A DNA stretch of 64,000 nt from a virus. The stretch is from positions 2,936 to 66,935 of the IMG/VR virus record IMGVR_UViG_3300021141_000006; one strand, written 5' to 3'. The notes under the pieces were generated by a model. That model saw only the letters and a list, made by a program, of their open reading frames with translations. It did not search any database and was not told the origin of the DNA. The position numbers and the translations under genes are program-made. Below are positions 38,916 to 49,532 of the stretch, in pieces (the stretch's first letter is position 1; each line of letters begins with the position of its first letter).

Positions 38916-39049
38916 TACTTATTATCTAAATGTCTTTTGATGAATAACCATGCCACATAGCCCAATGCCAATACAACGAGACCCAATGGCCCGTACTCAG
39001 ATAGCTGTGAGAATACACCGAAGTCAGGTGTTGTTGATACTGTATCCAT
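38915..39049 (-). CDS. Short single-TM paralog of the 80-aa protein (44 aa)
   Basis: Hand-translated MDTVSTTPDFGVFSQLSEYGPLGLVVLALGYVAWLFIKRHLDNK*; TAATG coupling at both ends. Confidence 0.7.
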   Translation of the reverse strand: MDTVSTTPDFGVFSQLSEYGPLGLVVLALGYVAWLFIKRHLDNK

Positions 39050-39303
39050 TATCTATTAATTATTAGTTGCTTTACTGCGTCTGATAACTCAGCTACACTT
39101 CTAGCTAAGTTTTTTATCTCTAGTTGAGTTTGCTCCTGAATGGCTTGATATTTGAGACGAGACTCCTGCTCGACAAGCTCAATCTTTCCTTTGAGTTTGC
39201 CGGCATCTTCAGTGTTCTTACGTACATCAGAGTGAACCATCTTTAAAAAATATCCTATAATAGCTATGGCCGTAACCATACCAAATTGAATCAACTCTTG
39301 CAT
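39049..39303 (-). CDS. Single-TM coiled-coil (holin/XhlA-like) protein
   Basis: N-terminal TM plus coiled coil. Confidence 0.6.
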   Translation of the reverse strand: MQELIQFGMVTAIAIIGYFLKMVHSDVRKNTEDAGKLKGKIELVEQESRLKYQAIQEQTQLEIKNLARSVAELSDAVKQLIINR

Positions 39304-39306
39304 TTA

Positions 39307-39639
39307 TTATACATTTTGCTGCCAAGCCGGCGGAAGTGTTACAACAACAGGGTTGATTTGTAAGTCAATATTCTCTTGAAGACTTGCAGTCATCGCAGGA
39401 ACATCTAACTCCGCTTCTAACCATCCAACAACTTGCTCCTCTGTAAGTTGATCGTATGGAGTAAAGTTTTCCGGATCAGGCATACCTACTGAGGTAGCGC
39501 CATAAGTTTCCGCAAAATAATCTTTTTCATCGTGAATCTCATTCCCCTGGAATCTCCAGTGAACAATGATTACAACATCGTCCATGTTCTCTTCATGAAC
39601 TCTACACTCCATAGCGGAGATCACCCAATTAGTTACCAT
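39307..39639 (-). CDS. Tail-fibre-associated acidic protein
   Basis: FTPYDQLTEEQVVGW...PPAW, a type commonly found after tail fibres. Confidence 0.7.
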   Translation of the reverse strand: MVTNWVISAMECRVHEENMDDVVIIVHWRFQGNEIHDEKDYFAETYGATSVGMPDPENFTPYDQLTEEQVVGWLEAELDVPAMTASLQENIDLQINPVVVTLPPAWQQNV

Positions 39640-39769
39640 CTTCTTCCTCTGGCTTCAGTGCCTGAAGCGCTGCTAAAATAGCAGACACATCCTGCAAGTT
39701 AAACGATCCTTTTGTAGTTGCTAAGTTGATTGCATCTACTAATACTTGATAAGCTTGTTCTTTTTTCAT
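39629..39769 (-). CDS. Small protein (46 aa)
   Basis: MKKEQAYQVLVDAINLATTKGSFNLQDV...; promoter TATATTTG at 39786-39793. Confidence 0.65.
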   Translation of the reverse strand: MKKEQAYQVLVDAINLATTKGSFNLQDVSAILAALQALKPEEEDGN

Positions 39770-39799
39770 AATTAGATTTTTTTTACAAATATAATGAAT

Positions 39800-42700
39800 T
39801 TAGTGTAATGGTACCCAACTGCTTCCGTTGTATACTGTTACTTTATTGTTAGTTGTGTCATACACAATTAATCCTGTAGCAGGTGACCCTATACTGTTCA
39901 TTTCTGAATTTGTCATTCTCGGAGGTAAGAAACCTTGCCTTCTTGATGACAAGTCCATTATAGATGATGTATCAGGAGCAGTTGTTCCAACGCCTACACT
40001 ACCGTTAGCAGCTATACGCATCATTTCAGATCCACCAATATTTATGGCAAATGGATTAGCAAATGAAAGATCTAAAGATGATACTCCTGTAGAGTTTGAG
40101 CTTAATGATAATGTCTGAGGAGTTCCAAATGCTTGGCTATGTACAAGTTTCATCGTAGTAGGCACGAATGATGTACCTACAACATGAAGTTTAACATCAG
40201 GACTAGTTGTACCTATACCAACATCCCCAGACCCAGCTACAGCTACTCTAGTTGATCCAAAAGTAGTTAAGTGAACAGAACTAAATCCTGCAACAGTTAA
40301 TATATTAGAGCTATCTCTTCTTATAAAATTAGAAGTGTTACCGAAATACAAGTAATTGTTCTCAGGTAATCTAATATCTCCAACAACATCTAATTTATAA
40401 GTTGGAGCAGCAGTACCAATACCTACATTACCTGATCCATTTAATATTGTAAATCTTTTTAGTTGACTTTCATAAATATTGAATGAATCACCATTAGTGA
40501 CATAAATATTATTTGTTTGAGACTGGGAAACAATTAAAACATGATCAAGATATGTGTCTGTTACTCCTGTTTGCCAATCTATCCATCTTAACTCATAAGA
40601 AGATGAATCATTACTACAAGTAAAAGGTATATCAATATAGTAATAATCACCTCCACTTGGTAACATATTAGGCCTAAGCTCTATAGCATTTCCAATAATA
40701 TTTGTTCCTACAACGTCAATATATCCTATATAAGATGAACTAGAGTTATTAGCAAATTTTATTCTAAATCTTGCTACATAACTACCAGCGTCTAATGCTG
40801 CGTAAGGACCGTAGAAAAATGTATTACTAGGAGAAGAGCTATATCTTACAGCTGCAGTACCATCTGATGCCTGAGAATCACTTACAGCAGATCCAATAAT
40901 TGCAAGTGAACTATAAGGTATTTTAATAGCAACAGGAGTGGAACCTATATATTGCCCATTTGAAGCAATAATATTACCTTGAAAACGCGCAGTACCATTA
41001 ACATCTAATTTATAAGTTGGAGTAGTAGTCCCAATACCTACGTTGCCACCTGAGGTGATGCGCATACGTTCTGCTCCACCTGTTTCAAATGCCATAGGAA
41101 CATAAGAAGATGAGCCGATATATGATGAGCTTAAATATGCTGCATTTCCGTCTATACTAAATATAAATTGTTGTGTATTTGCAGTTCCATTTGTAACACC
41201 TACTAACCCATTTACTGTTAATGTTCTATTTGGCGATGTAGTGCCTATACCTACATTGCCTGATGGTACATAAAAATTAGTATTAGCTGCTATAGATACG
41301 ACATTTGTAGTATATCCAGCTATTGTATCAACAAATAAATTTCCAGATTCAATATAAGTATTTCCTACAACGTGTAATTTAGCTCCAGGACTAGTAGTGC
41401 CTATACCTACGTTGCCAGCTGCTGTTAGGTACATTATATTACTTGCCGTACTACTATGGAATGCTATTTGGCCTTCATTAAATAGATTTAAAGCATTAAT
41501 GCCTCCGTAAGCACCATATCCATTTGAATTTTTAAAAATATAAGCTGAACTGTTTGCGCTTTGTAAACGCATTTCAGCATAAAGATTGGATACTGTGTTT
41601 GATAGCGTTAATCCAGTTCCTGTAGTATAATTTATGTGAAGCTTAGTTGCAGGACTAGTAGTACCGATTCCTACGTTACCTGATGCATCAATAATTGCTC
41701 TTACTTCAGCAGCAGCATTGGAATAAAATCGTAATGTTCCAACACCCCATGTTATTGTAGGGTTTGTGCTATCTAAGAATAGATCATCAGTTAATCTTAT
41801 TTTACCAGCTACATCTAGTTTTTGAGATGGACTAGTAGTCCCAATACCTACGTTAGTACCATTATCATACAACAATGAATTACCAATGCTATTAGCACTT
41901 GTGAATTTAGATATATAGTTTGTTGTACCTGAGATATCTGCGCTGTATGCTATTTTCTTCCAAGATCCCCATGTACCATTTGCTCTAACACGAGTGTATA
42001 CTTCGTTTGCTGTATTTCCTGAACCAAATGATGTGGCTGTTTGATGTATCCAGTTATTGTCTCCACTATAGGTTTCAACAGTAACATAGAACCAACCTGA
42101 ATTTGGTGCATTTGACATATTTTCCCCATCATAAAAACCTGCTGTAGTTAATGAATTTAAATCTCCACTACTATAATCTATAGCTTTTGTATATTGGAAA
42201 CGATCAACAAGTGCTCTGCCTGCTACGTGAAGTCTTTGAGATGGACTAGTAGTACCAATACCTACGTTATTTTTAAAATAAGAAACTCCGCCTTTTACAA
42301 ATACAACGTCAGGGTCATACCATAATCCAAATGTAGCACCATTTACAGCATCGAAATTTAATGCACCAGATGATGAGTTAAATACTGTTCCACCTTGCCA
42401 AGCCTGTGAAAAAGAATGTATTGTGCTATAATTAGCACCGTTTTGATAAAATCTAATTCTTCCATAATCACTAATTCCATTACCATGATCTATATCTATA
42501 CCCAAATCATTTCCTGATGTAGCTCCAAATCTACCATTTCCAATTACTTGAAGTTTTTCTGAAGGTGCAGTAGTACCAATACCTACATTACCACCAGCGG
42601 TGATGCGCATACGCTCAGAAGAGTTAGCAAAAAACTTTACAGGACCACCTGTTGCAAAAACACTTGCACTATTATCTGATCCATCTCCAAAAAATAATGC

Positions 42701-45700
42701 TGTATTCTTTGAATTTATATTTCCATTAACAACTAATTTATCTCCTGGGGAATCAGTACCAATACCTACGTTTCCGCCGCCTGAATCACTTCCTTGAAGG
42801 ATTAAATGACCATTTGTTATTTGGTTAGCTATTTCAAAAGTATTACCACCTACATTGTAAATCAAGCTAGCCTTTCTATTACTTGCCCCAGGTGTTAATG
42901 CTGCTGAATTATAGAATGTTATTTGAGCATAATTATTTGAGGCAATTTGTAATTGGCCAGCATATGCAACATTAGCTCCACTTATTGTCAATTTAGTTTG
43001 TGGTGCAGTTGTGCCTATTCCTACGTTACCAGCAGCGGTAATCTTCATCCAATCTGTAGAGTGAAGTTCATTTCTGAATACGTGTGATACAGCTGAATAA
43101 TAATTTGTACCATCAGTAAATGGTAACCAGTTATGATTAGTTGAGCTATCTAAAGCTATTAAGTTTGCTCCACCGCTTCCAGCTGCAACTTCAATTCCTG
43201 TAGCACTTGGATGAGCTTCAGCTCCAACTTGAAGTTTTGCTGTTGGATTAGTATTGCCAATACCTACGTTACCACCTGAGGTGATACGCATTCGTTCAGT
43301 ATTGTTAAAAAATCTAACACTTGAAGCAACAGTAGGAGTGCCAAATATACCTAATACCAAATCAGTTGGAGCTGCTGCACTTGAATACTCAAATCCAATC
43401 CCCCCCTTAGCTGTTTGTGTTGCACCCGGTATGCCTGTTGCAGCTACAATATTTGAAGATAAATATAATGCAGGTTCAGCTCCTATTGAAGCAATACTCC
43501 AAGCTCCCCCATTTAAAGCTAAGTCGGGTGTTGAAGAACCTGCCGTTAAGTTTACAATTTTACCTGCGGCTGTATTTGTAGTAGAAGATGTTCCAACTAG
43601 TAATGCGCCAGCTGAGGTGATGCGCATTCTTTCAAGATACGAAGTACCAGTAGCAAATATGATATTTTTAGCTAAACCTGCTGTTCCAAATCCTAAATCA
43701 TCTGACGCGCCTGTTGGAGTAACAGAATTACCAGAACCCATTTGAGCAAATGTAGTTCCGTTATTAGCAAAACTAATAGCCATCTGACCATACGATGAAT
43801 CAAAAGTAGCTACATTAAATCCACTACTTGAGACATATAGTTTATCAGCTGGGGTAGTTGTACCAATACCAACGTTGCCTGTAGAAGTTATCCTAACTTT
43901 TTCAGTTCCACCTGTCTCAAGGACAATGTGTCCTAATGCTGATGGCCCATAAGAACCTACTATAAGTTTCCCTAAAGAATAATTATACTCTAAATATGCA
44001 GGCGTAGAACCCCCTGCTAAATTATCACTAAAAGAAAGTAGGTTTCCTGTTAATGCAACATTTCCCGCAACCTGTAATTTTGCCCAACTACCTAAAGCAG
44101 TTGTTGCAATACCAACATTGGTGCCGTTGTCATACAACACACCTGTACTAATATTAGAAGATGATGTCCATCTAGCCACATAGTTAGCTGTGCCTGTACC
44201 TGTGACAGGGTTAGTAATGACTGACTGATATTGTGGGATATTGAGAACACCTGTTGAGCTATTATAAGTAGCCGCTCCACTTGTTCCGCTTGTTGTTAAG
44301 CTTATTGATCCTCTAGCTCTTGCGTCAGTGAAATATAAATTGCTACCCTCAGCAATGTCATCTGTAGTTAATGTTTGCGAGCCAATACCTAAGATATGGC
44401 CGAATTCATCAAGCATTATGTTCTGAATGACAGTACCTCTATAGTTAAATGTACCTAAAGGCGTAGACAAATCACCCAACTCACCTAGAGTTGTAGCTAA
44501 ACATCTGAATGCCTCAAAGTCACCTCCATCATCTTCAGTTCTGTTCAATAGATCTTGAGCAGTCTGAACGTCAAGGCCTTGACCAATACCGTGAGAGATT
44601 GTAATGTTGCCTGATGATGTAATAGGGCCGTCCTCAGAGACGATTCTAGGGCCTGCAGTTACGCCAATGCTAGTAACAGTACCAACGCTCCATGATCTGT
44701 CAGCAGAGAGGTCGTATGACGTGCCATTTATTGTCAACTGACGGCTTGTCGGAACATAGCCACTTAATGCCGATGAGTAGTTTGGTATATTTAAAGTACT
44801 TCCAATAAGCGTAGCCGCTCCACTTGATCCTGTAGTGGTAAGTGTAATTGCGTTCTGCTTATTGTTGAAGGTATTCCAATCAGTTGAACTTAAGAACCCG
44901 TTTGTTGACGCTCCTGCTTGACTAATTGAGAAAGTTTTTGTAGCACCATTAAAGCTCAAAGGAGCTGTAGTGTTTAACTGAGTGTATGCTAAATTACTTC
45001 CGTTAAAAAACACAAAATCATTTGTAGTAGCACCACCTGCAATCAATCCTGCTGTAATTGTCCCTGTGTTCTGCTGTGTGAGCACAAGGCTTGTTGAAGC
45101 AATGCCATAGTTTACAGCGGCAGAAACAATTGATCGGTTATATGCAGTTGTCCAGTTAGATTGATTAGCTGTTGTTGGTATTGAATACCCTGATTGAAGA
45201 CCTAATGCAAATGTGCCTGATGATGTTATTGGAGATCCCGTAACAGTTAATCCCGTAGGGACAGTCATCGCAATGTTAGTTACAGTACCAACGTTCCAAG
45301 ATCTATCTGCACTTAAGTCATATGCAGTACCGTTAATAGTTAACTGCCTAGTAGTCGGAACGGGAGTATAGCCTAATGCTGTATCAATACTCTTATTCTT
45401 CCAAAGCTGTGTAGCTGTCTCGTAAAATAAGCCCTGATTGTTTAAAGGATTGTTGATGTAAACATTATGAAGCTCATCAAGCTCCCATCCGTTCATGATC
45501 TTCACATATATCTTACCGTGATTAGCATGAGCGTACTCAACGTAACCAATTACGACAATGTGCCCTGTAGACCCATTTGGCTTAACATTTGTCAGGCCAC
45601 CCGGAATGGTAGGGCTTAAGTATAATACGTCACCATCTGCCCAAGTTTCACCTTGCAATGATCCGGTTGTATTGATATCCTCAAGATGACCAACAGTAAT

Positions 45701-47083
45701 AATAAAGCCTTCTTGATTTGTAGCAATAGTCTCTGTAACCAAACCAATGGTGTCAGCGCTATTAGCATCGCTGTCAGCCTGAGCGTATGCTACAGCTAAT
45801 CGCTGACCTTGAGCACCACTTACCCTAACAGCAGCATACCCTGCCTTTGTTAGTGTTGTATTAGGTGTGACCTTGTTGACCACTCTAGCCACCAAGTCAA
45901 CACCGTTCTTTAGTATAACGCTGCCGCCTTTTAGTGTGGTCTCGCTAGATCCAATTGTGTTGTTCCACCTAGTTGTACCTACAACAGCAGTGCCCGTAGG
46001 TGATACGTCAAGTGTCAACTGACCTGCAGTCAAACCAAACTCACCTAAGTTTACATCTTGTGTAGCACCAATATAAGGAACATAACCACCTAATGCTGTT
46101 GAGTAGTTAGGTATATTGAGCACACCTGTAGTATTGTCATATGTTGACAAACCACCGGTGCCTAATGTTGTTAAACTTAATGCCTGACGCGAACGCAAGC
46201 TAGTAAAGTAAAGATTGGTAGCGCCCTCAGGTATGTTATCAGTCGTCAAACTGACAGCACCGGTCTGCCCGTTGACAGATGTAACTGAGTCAGTGTTGTC
46301 AACCTGTTGCCATGCTGTGCCATCAAATATAGCCCAGTCACCTACGTTCCAGTCAGTGATGCCGTCAAGGTTAGTACTACCTGCCACGTTGACAATGTAG
46401 TAGTAACCACGAGTACCAACACCGCTAGTTAAGGCAGGTGTATTTGTCAAAGCGTTCCACGTACCTTGATAGATTGAACTACCGATTAGTCCATTGATTT
46501 GGTTCTGCAACTTACCAAATGCAGTAAGAATGCTGTCAGAGGCATTTATAGAGCCTCCAGTGACATTTACACCCGTCAACACCTTAGCGGTTACCGAAGC
46601 GTTATTCAGTGTCACAGAAGCCGTCCCCGGGCCTGATCCTGTAGCCTCACCACTTAGTGCAGTGATATAGTTACCTGCAGGCTGCTTGCTATTGAAGGTA
46701 TTCCAATCAGTAGCGCTTAAGAAACCACTAGTGCTAATGTTAGCCTGTGGTATTGTGATATTAGGAGTAGTACCACCTGATGAGCTTAGAGGAGCTGATG
46801 CGGTGACTGCTGTCAAAGTTCCAACATTCCAAGTTCTATTTGCGCTTAGATCATATGTTGTACCATTAATAGTAAGTGTCCTACTATTTGGCACATAACC
46901 ACTCAAAGCTGTTGAGTAGTTTGGAATGTTTAAGATGTTATTTACAAAAGTAGAAGGCCCTGAAGAGCCTAATGTTGTAAGTGTGATTTTATTTTGAAAT
47001 ATGGACTTTACATTTCCGTATTTATCAGTTACAACAAGCTCTTTATTATTAGAGCCGAGACCATACTTATTTATTTTTTCCAT
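39800..47083 (-). CDS. Long modular tail fibre, 2427 aa
   Basis: About 16 NVGIGTT-type repeats; TLTT.G..G...LNIPNY and TINGT.YDLSA.R.W repeats; pyocin-knob-like DLNSL...GFY...NAP...WGSWKK module. Confidence 0.88.
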   Translation of the reverse strand: MEKINKYGLGSNNKELVVTDKYGNVKSIFQNKITLTTLGSSGPSTFVNNILNIPNYSTALSGYVPNSRTLTINGTTYDLSANRTWNVGTLTAVTASAPLSSSGGTTPNITIPQANISTSGFLSATDWNTFNSKQPAGNYITALSGEATGSGPGTASVTLNNASVTAKVLTGVNVTGGSINASDSILTAFGKLQNQINGLIGSSIYQGTWNALTNTPALTSGVGTRGYYYIVNVAGSTNLDGITDWNVGDWAIFDGTAWQQVDNTDSVTSVNGQTGAVSLTTDNIPEGATNLYFTSLRSRQALSLTTLGTGGLSTYDNTTGVLNIPNYSTALGGYVPYIGATQDVNLGEFGLTAGQLTLDVSPTGTAVVGTTRWNNTIGSSETTLKGGSVILKNGVDLVARVVNKVTPNTTLTKAGYAAVRVSGAQGQRLAVAYAQADSDANSADTIGLVTETIATNQEGFIITVGHLEDINTTGSLQGETWADGDVLYLSPTIPGGLTNVKPNGSTGHIVVIGYVEYAHANHGKIYVKIMNGWELDELHNVYINNPLNNQGLFYETATQLWKNKSIDTALGYTPVPTTRQLTINGTAYDLSADRSWNVGTVTNIAMTVPTGLTVTGSPITSSGTFALGLQSGYSIPTTANQSNWTTAYNRSIVSAAVNYGIASTSLVLTQQNTGTITAGLIAGGATTNDFVFFNGSNLAYTQLNTTAPLSFNGATKTFSISQAGASTNGFLSSTDWNTFNNKQNAITLTTTGSSGAATLIGSTLNIPNYSSALSGYVPTSRQLTINGTSYDLSADRSWSVGTVTSIGVTAGPRIVSEDGPITSSGNITISHGIGQGLDVQTAQDLLNRTEDDGGDFEAFRCLATTLGELGDLSTPLGTFNYRGTVIQNIMLDEFGHILGIGSQTLTTDDIAEGSNLYFTDARARGSISLTTSGTSGAATYNSSTGVLNIPQYQSVITNPVTGTGTANYVARWTSSSNISTGVLYDNGTNVGIATTALGSWAKLQVAGNVALTGNLLSFSDNLAGGSTPAYLEYNYSLGKLIVGSYGPSALGHIVLETGGTEKVRITSTGNVGIGTTTPADKLYVSSSGFNVATFDSSYGQMAISFANNGTTFAQMGSGNSVTPTGASDDLGFGTAGLAKNIIFATGTSYLERMRITSAGALLVGTSSTTNTAAGKIVNLTAGSSTPDLALNGGAWSIASIGAEPALYLSSNIVAATGIPGATQTAKGGIGFEYSSAAAPTDLVLGIFGTPTVASSVRFFNNTERMRITSGGNVGIGNTNPTAKLQVGAEAHPSATGIEVAAGSGGANLIALDSSTNHNWLPFTDGTNYYSAVSHVFRNELHSTDWMKITAAGNVGIGTTAPQTKLTISGANVAYAGQLQIASNNYAQITFYNSAALTPGASNRKASLIYNVGGNTFEIANQITNGHLILQGSDSGGGNVGIGTDSPGDKLVVNGNINSKNTALFFGDGSDNSASVFATGGPVKFFANSSERMRITAGGNVGIGTTAPSEKLQVIGNGRFGATSGNDLGIDIDHGNGISDYGRIRFYQNGANYSTIHSFSQAWQGGTVFNSSSGALNFDAVNGATFGLWYDPDVVFVKGGVSYFKNNVGIGTTSPSQRLHVAGRALVDRFQYTKAIDYSSGDLNSLTTAGFYDGENMSNAPNSGWFYVTVETYSGDNNWIHQTATSFGSGNTANEVYTRVRANGTWGSWKKIAYSADISGTTNYISKFTSANSIGNSLLYDNGTNVGIGTTSPSQKLDVAGKIRLTDDLFLDSTNPTITWGVGTLRFYSNAAAEVRAIIDASGNVGIGTTSPATKLHINYTTGTGLTLSNTVSNLYAEMRLQSANSSAYIFKNSNGYGAYGGINALNLFNEGQIAFHSSTASNIMYLTAAGNVGIGTTSPGAKLHVVGNTYIESGNLFVDTIAGYTTNVVSIAANTNFYVPSGNVGIGTTSPNRTLTVNGLVGVTNGTANTQQFIFSIDGNAAYLSSSYIGSSSYVPMAFETGGAERMRITSGGNVGIGTTTPTYKLDVNGTARFQGNIIASNGQYIGSTPVAIKIPYSSLAIIGSAVSDSQASDGTAAVRYSSSPSNTFFYGPYAALDAGSYVARFRIKFANNSSSSYIGYIDVVGTNIIGNAIELRPNMLPSGGDYYYIDIPFTCSNDSSSYELRWIDWQTGVTDTYLDHVLIVSQSQTNNIYVTNGDSFNIYESQLKRFTILNGSGNVGIGTAAPTYKLDVVGDIRLPENNYLYFGNTSNFIRRDSSNILTVAGFSSVHLTTFGSTRVAVAGSGDVGIGTTSPDVKLHVVGTSFVPTTMKLVHSQAFGTPQTLSLSSNSTGVSSLDLSFANPFAINIGGSEMMRIAANGSVGVGTTAPDTSSIMDLSSRRQGFLPPRMTNSEMNSIGSPATGLIVYDTTNNKVTVYNGSSWVPLH

Positions 47084-47368
47084 TTACTCTATATTAAGAG
47101 TATAAAAAGTATTAGCTACAGATGATCTAGCCAATATTTTATCTCCTTGTGCTAGTTCGTATTTTAAATTGTCAGTTACAACATCTCCTGCGTCAAGTAT
47201 TAGCGTATACAAATCTACTGTTCTGTCTTCTTTTGCGACATACAAAAAAACTTCTAACGTGTAGCTAATGTCATTTGTAAATCGCATACTCAAGACATCA
47301 TTACCTATCTTATCCACGCAAGTAAAGATACTTGCTGTTACAGTAGTTACTGATCCGCTTTTAGTCAT
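47084..47368 (-). CDS. Small structural protein
   Basis: 94 aa, abuts the tail fibre start. Confidence 0.7.
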   Translation of the reverse strand: MTKSGSVTTVTASIFTCVDKIGNDVLSMRFTNDISYTLEVFLYVAKEDRTVDLYTLILDAGDVVTDNLKYELAQGDKILARSSVANTFYTLNIE

Positions 47369-47727
47369 TACTCTTCAATTTGCACTATTGGCTCATATGG
47401 AAACTCCTCTGTTATTGCGTGTCCGGCAAAAGCGTGTTTTGGGTTCTTAGGTTCTACTAAGTTAGCACCGAAGTCGTAAAGCTCTGAAGACATAACGTCG
47501 TAGTGGTAGCCGTCAGCGTAGATAGGTTCTTCGATTACTTCCATTCCTTCCATTACTGGAGGGGTCAATACGATGAGACCGATTTCGACCACAGCAGCCA
47601 CACCCGGGCCATAAGCTTCATGCAGTTCACCATCAGGTCCTTCAACCTCGATAAGAATATTTTTAGCGTAAAGGTCAGCAACTGCTGCGGCCTTGTCTGT
47701 GTACGATAGTTTAAAGATATTTTCCAT
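47368..47727 (-). CDS. Acidic protein accompanying the LamG proteins
   Basis: ADGYHYDVMS...PKNPKHAFAG. Confidence 0.7.
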   Translation of the reverse strand: MENIFKLSYTDKAAAVADLYAKNILIEVEGPDGELHEAYGPGVAAVVEIGLIVLTPPVMEGMEVIEEPIYADGYHYDVMSSELYDFGANLVEPKNPKHAFAGHAITEEFPYEPIVQIEE

Positions 47728-47729
47728 AG

Positions 47730-49532
47730 TTATAAAGTTGTGAGCTCAGCGAGCTGTGTATTTGTTAATGCTTCATCCCATAAAGCGATTGCGTTAATTC
47801 CATCACTTAATTGATATTGTGCAATGTTTGAATAGTTACCTAATTCCAAAATGTTCAAACCAGTGGCTTTTGTTGCTACAACATTGGTTCCTATTTGAAC
47901 TCCATTAACATAAAAAGCAAAATTATTGTCTTCAATCCTTGCAGCCATTTTTAATCTTTTAGTTGTATTTGTTGGAATGGCATTGCTTAAGGCTATATCT
48001 ACTGAAGAAGTTGGATTTGTATATTGAAAATGTAGTTGATTATTTACGAAATAACGAAAGTAACCCTCATAGCTACCACCACGAATTGTCAAGACCATAC
48101 AACTATTGCTTCCGTTTATTTGTAAATAGCTTAAGTCAGCGTCAGCAAACCAAGTTTTTGCACTTTCCGCTTGTGCACAAGGATTTTTACCTATTGAATC
48201 TGCGTTTCGTGTTACACTTGCTGAGGTTGTAGGTATGTATGAAGTAGGGTAGCTTCCGAGTTCAGCTTGTGCGCCCCAAATGTATACGCCTTTTGTTCCC
48301 GTTCCCGTAAATGTAAAATCTCCAGCATCGTTTAAAAGTCCGTAACCGTAAGTTCCGCTTGTGCTTGTTGTTGCACTTAATCTATACCATCCGTTGCCGT
48401 AGTTTTCAATTTTTGCGTTGCTAAAATTAGCACCCGTTGAAATAACGCTGCCAGTAGATAAATTGAATTTAACATACTCACTTGATGATAAATTAGCAAT
48501 AGCAAACCTTGTATATTCCGCTGCCTTTGCAAAAATAGAAAGAGTTGTTGCGGTTGTAATTATAAAAAGTGACGATGTAGCGCGGATTCTATGCTCATTA
48601 TTTGCTGTGGTGTCGGTTATTTTATCAGCATTTTGCGTTCCATCGGGCGAAATAACACTATTTGCCGTAACTGTTAATTCAGTTTTAAGCCATTCCGCAT
48701 TATCAAACTGCTCTGAATAATACCACAAATTAGTCCTTTGCGGTTCTACAAGTAAACTCGGACAAGTTCCATTTGAGTAGTCAAGTCTTGGGATGTTTAG
48801 GCGTGTTTCCGTTTTTTGGTAGTCTTTAGCGGTTGAGCCTTCGACAAGTTGTGCGCCCCAAATGTATATGCCAGTTCCACTACCAACATAGCCAGCAGTA
48901 GCAAAAGTCGATTGATTGAGAAGCATACCTAAAACATAGGCATTGCCACCATCTAAAGCAGTTGCATAAGTTAAAGTCCCAGTAACTCTATACCAACCAT
49001 TGCCTACACTTGTTATTGTACTTGTAAGAGTATCTAAACCAGAAGACTTGTAATTTTCTGTAATTGTGCCATTCATTAAATCCACAACCACTTGAGACCT
49101 ATAATTAGAATCATCCGTAACACCAAAAGACGTATATTGGTGGTCTTTGTATTTTAAATAAACTGAAAACGAAATAGTTTGAGGTTCACCTAAATTAGAT
49201 AAAGGCCCTTGATAATACCTATGGAAAGCATTTGTATTGTTATTTACAATAGTGTCAGCAGTCAAAGTCCCGTCGGGCGCGGCAATAGTATTTGCACTTG
49301 GTGTGTTATTGTCGTAAGCCCAAACGCTTGTAAAGTCTTGGCTATTTCGCAATAAATTATAAGGCACTAACTCCACCAAGCCTTGTGCATTAATTCGAGT
49401 AGCTGTGGTCGCTCTTACTGCATCAATCTCACGAGCATAGTACTTCCCGTCAATCAGCTTATAGCCCAATAGACTGCCCTCTTTGTTCGCCCAATTGCAA
49501 TTTCCAATTACTAAGCTTGCTTGTTCTATCAT
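47730..49532 (-). CDS. Head-spike / LamG (ConA-like) fibre protein B
   Basis: RATTATR, IPRLDY, LLVEPQRTN, GNGWYR, WGAQ, SYIPTT, C-terminal LamG-like FYVNG. Confidence 0.8.
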   Translation of the reverse strand: MIEQASLVIGNCNWANKEGSLLGYKLIDGKYYAREIDAVRATTATRINAQGLVELVPYNLLRNSQDFTSVWAYDNNTPSANTIAAPDGTLTADTIVNNNTNAFHRYYQGPLSNLGEPQTISFSVYLKYKDHQYTSFGVTDDSNYRSQVVVDLMNGTITENYKSSGLDTLTSTITSVGNGWYRVTGTLTYATALDGGNAYVLGMLLNQSTFATAGYVGSGTGIYIWGAQLVEGSTAKDYQKTETRLNIPRLDYSNGTCPSLLVEPQRTNLWYYSEQFDNAEWLKTELTVTANSVISPDGTQNADKITDTTANNEHRIRATSSLFIITTATTLSIFAKAAEYTRFAIANLSSSEYVKFNLSTGSVISTGANFSNAKIENYGNGWYRLSATTSTSGTYGYGLLNDAGDFTFTGTGTKGVYIWGAQAELGSYPTSYIPTTSASVTRNADSIGKNPCAQAESAKTWFADADLSYLQINGSNSCMVLTIRGGSYEGYFRYFVNNQLHFQYTNPTSSVDIALSNAIPTNTTKRLKMAARIEDNNFAFYVNGVQIGTNVVATKATGLNILELGNYSNIAQYQLSDGINAIALWDEALTNTQLAELTTL

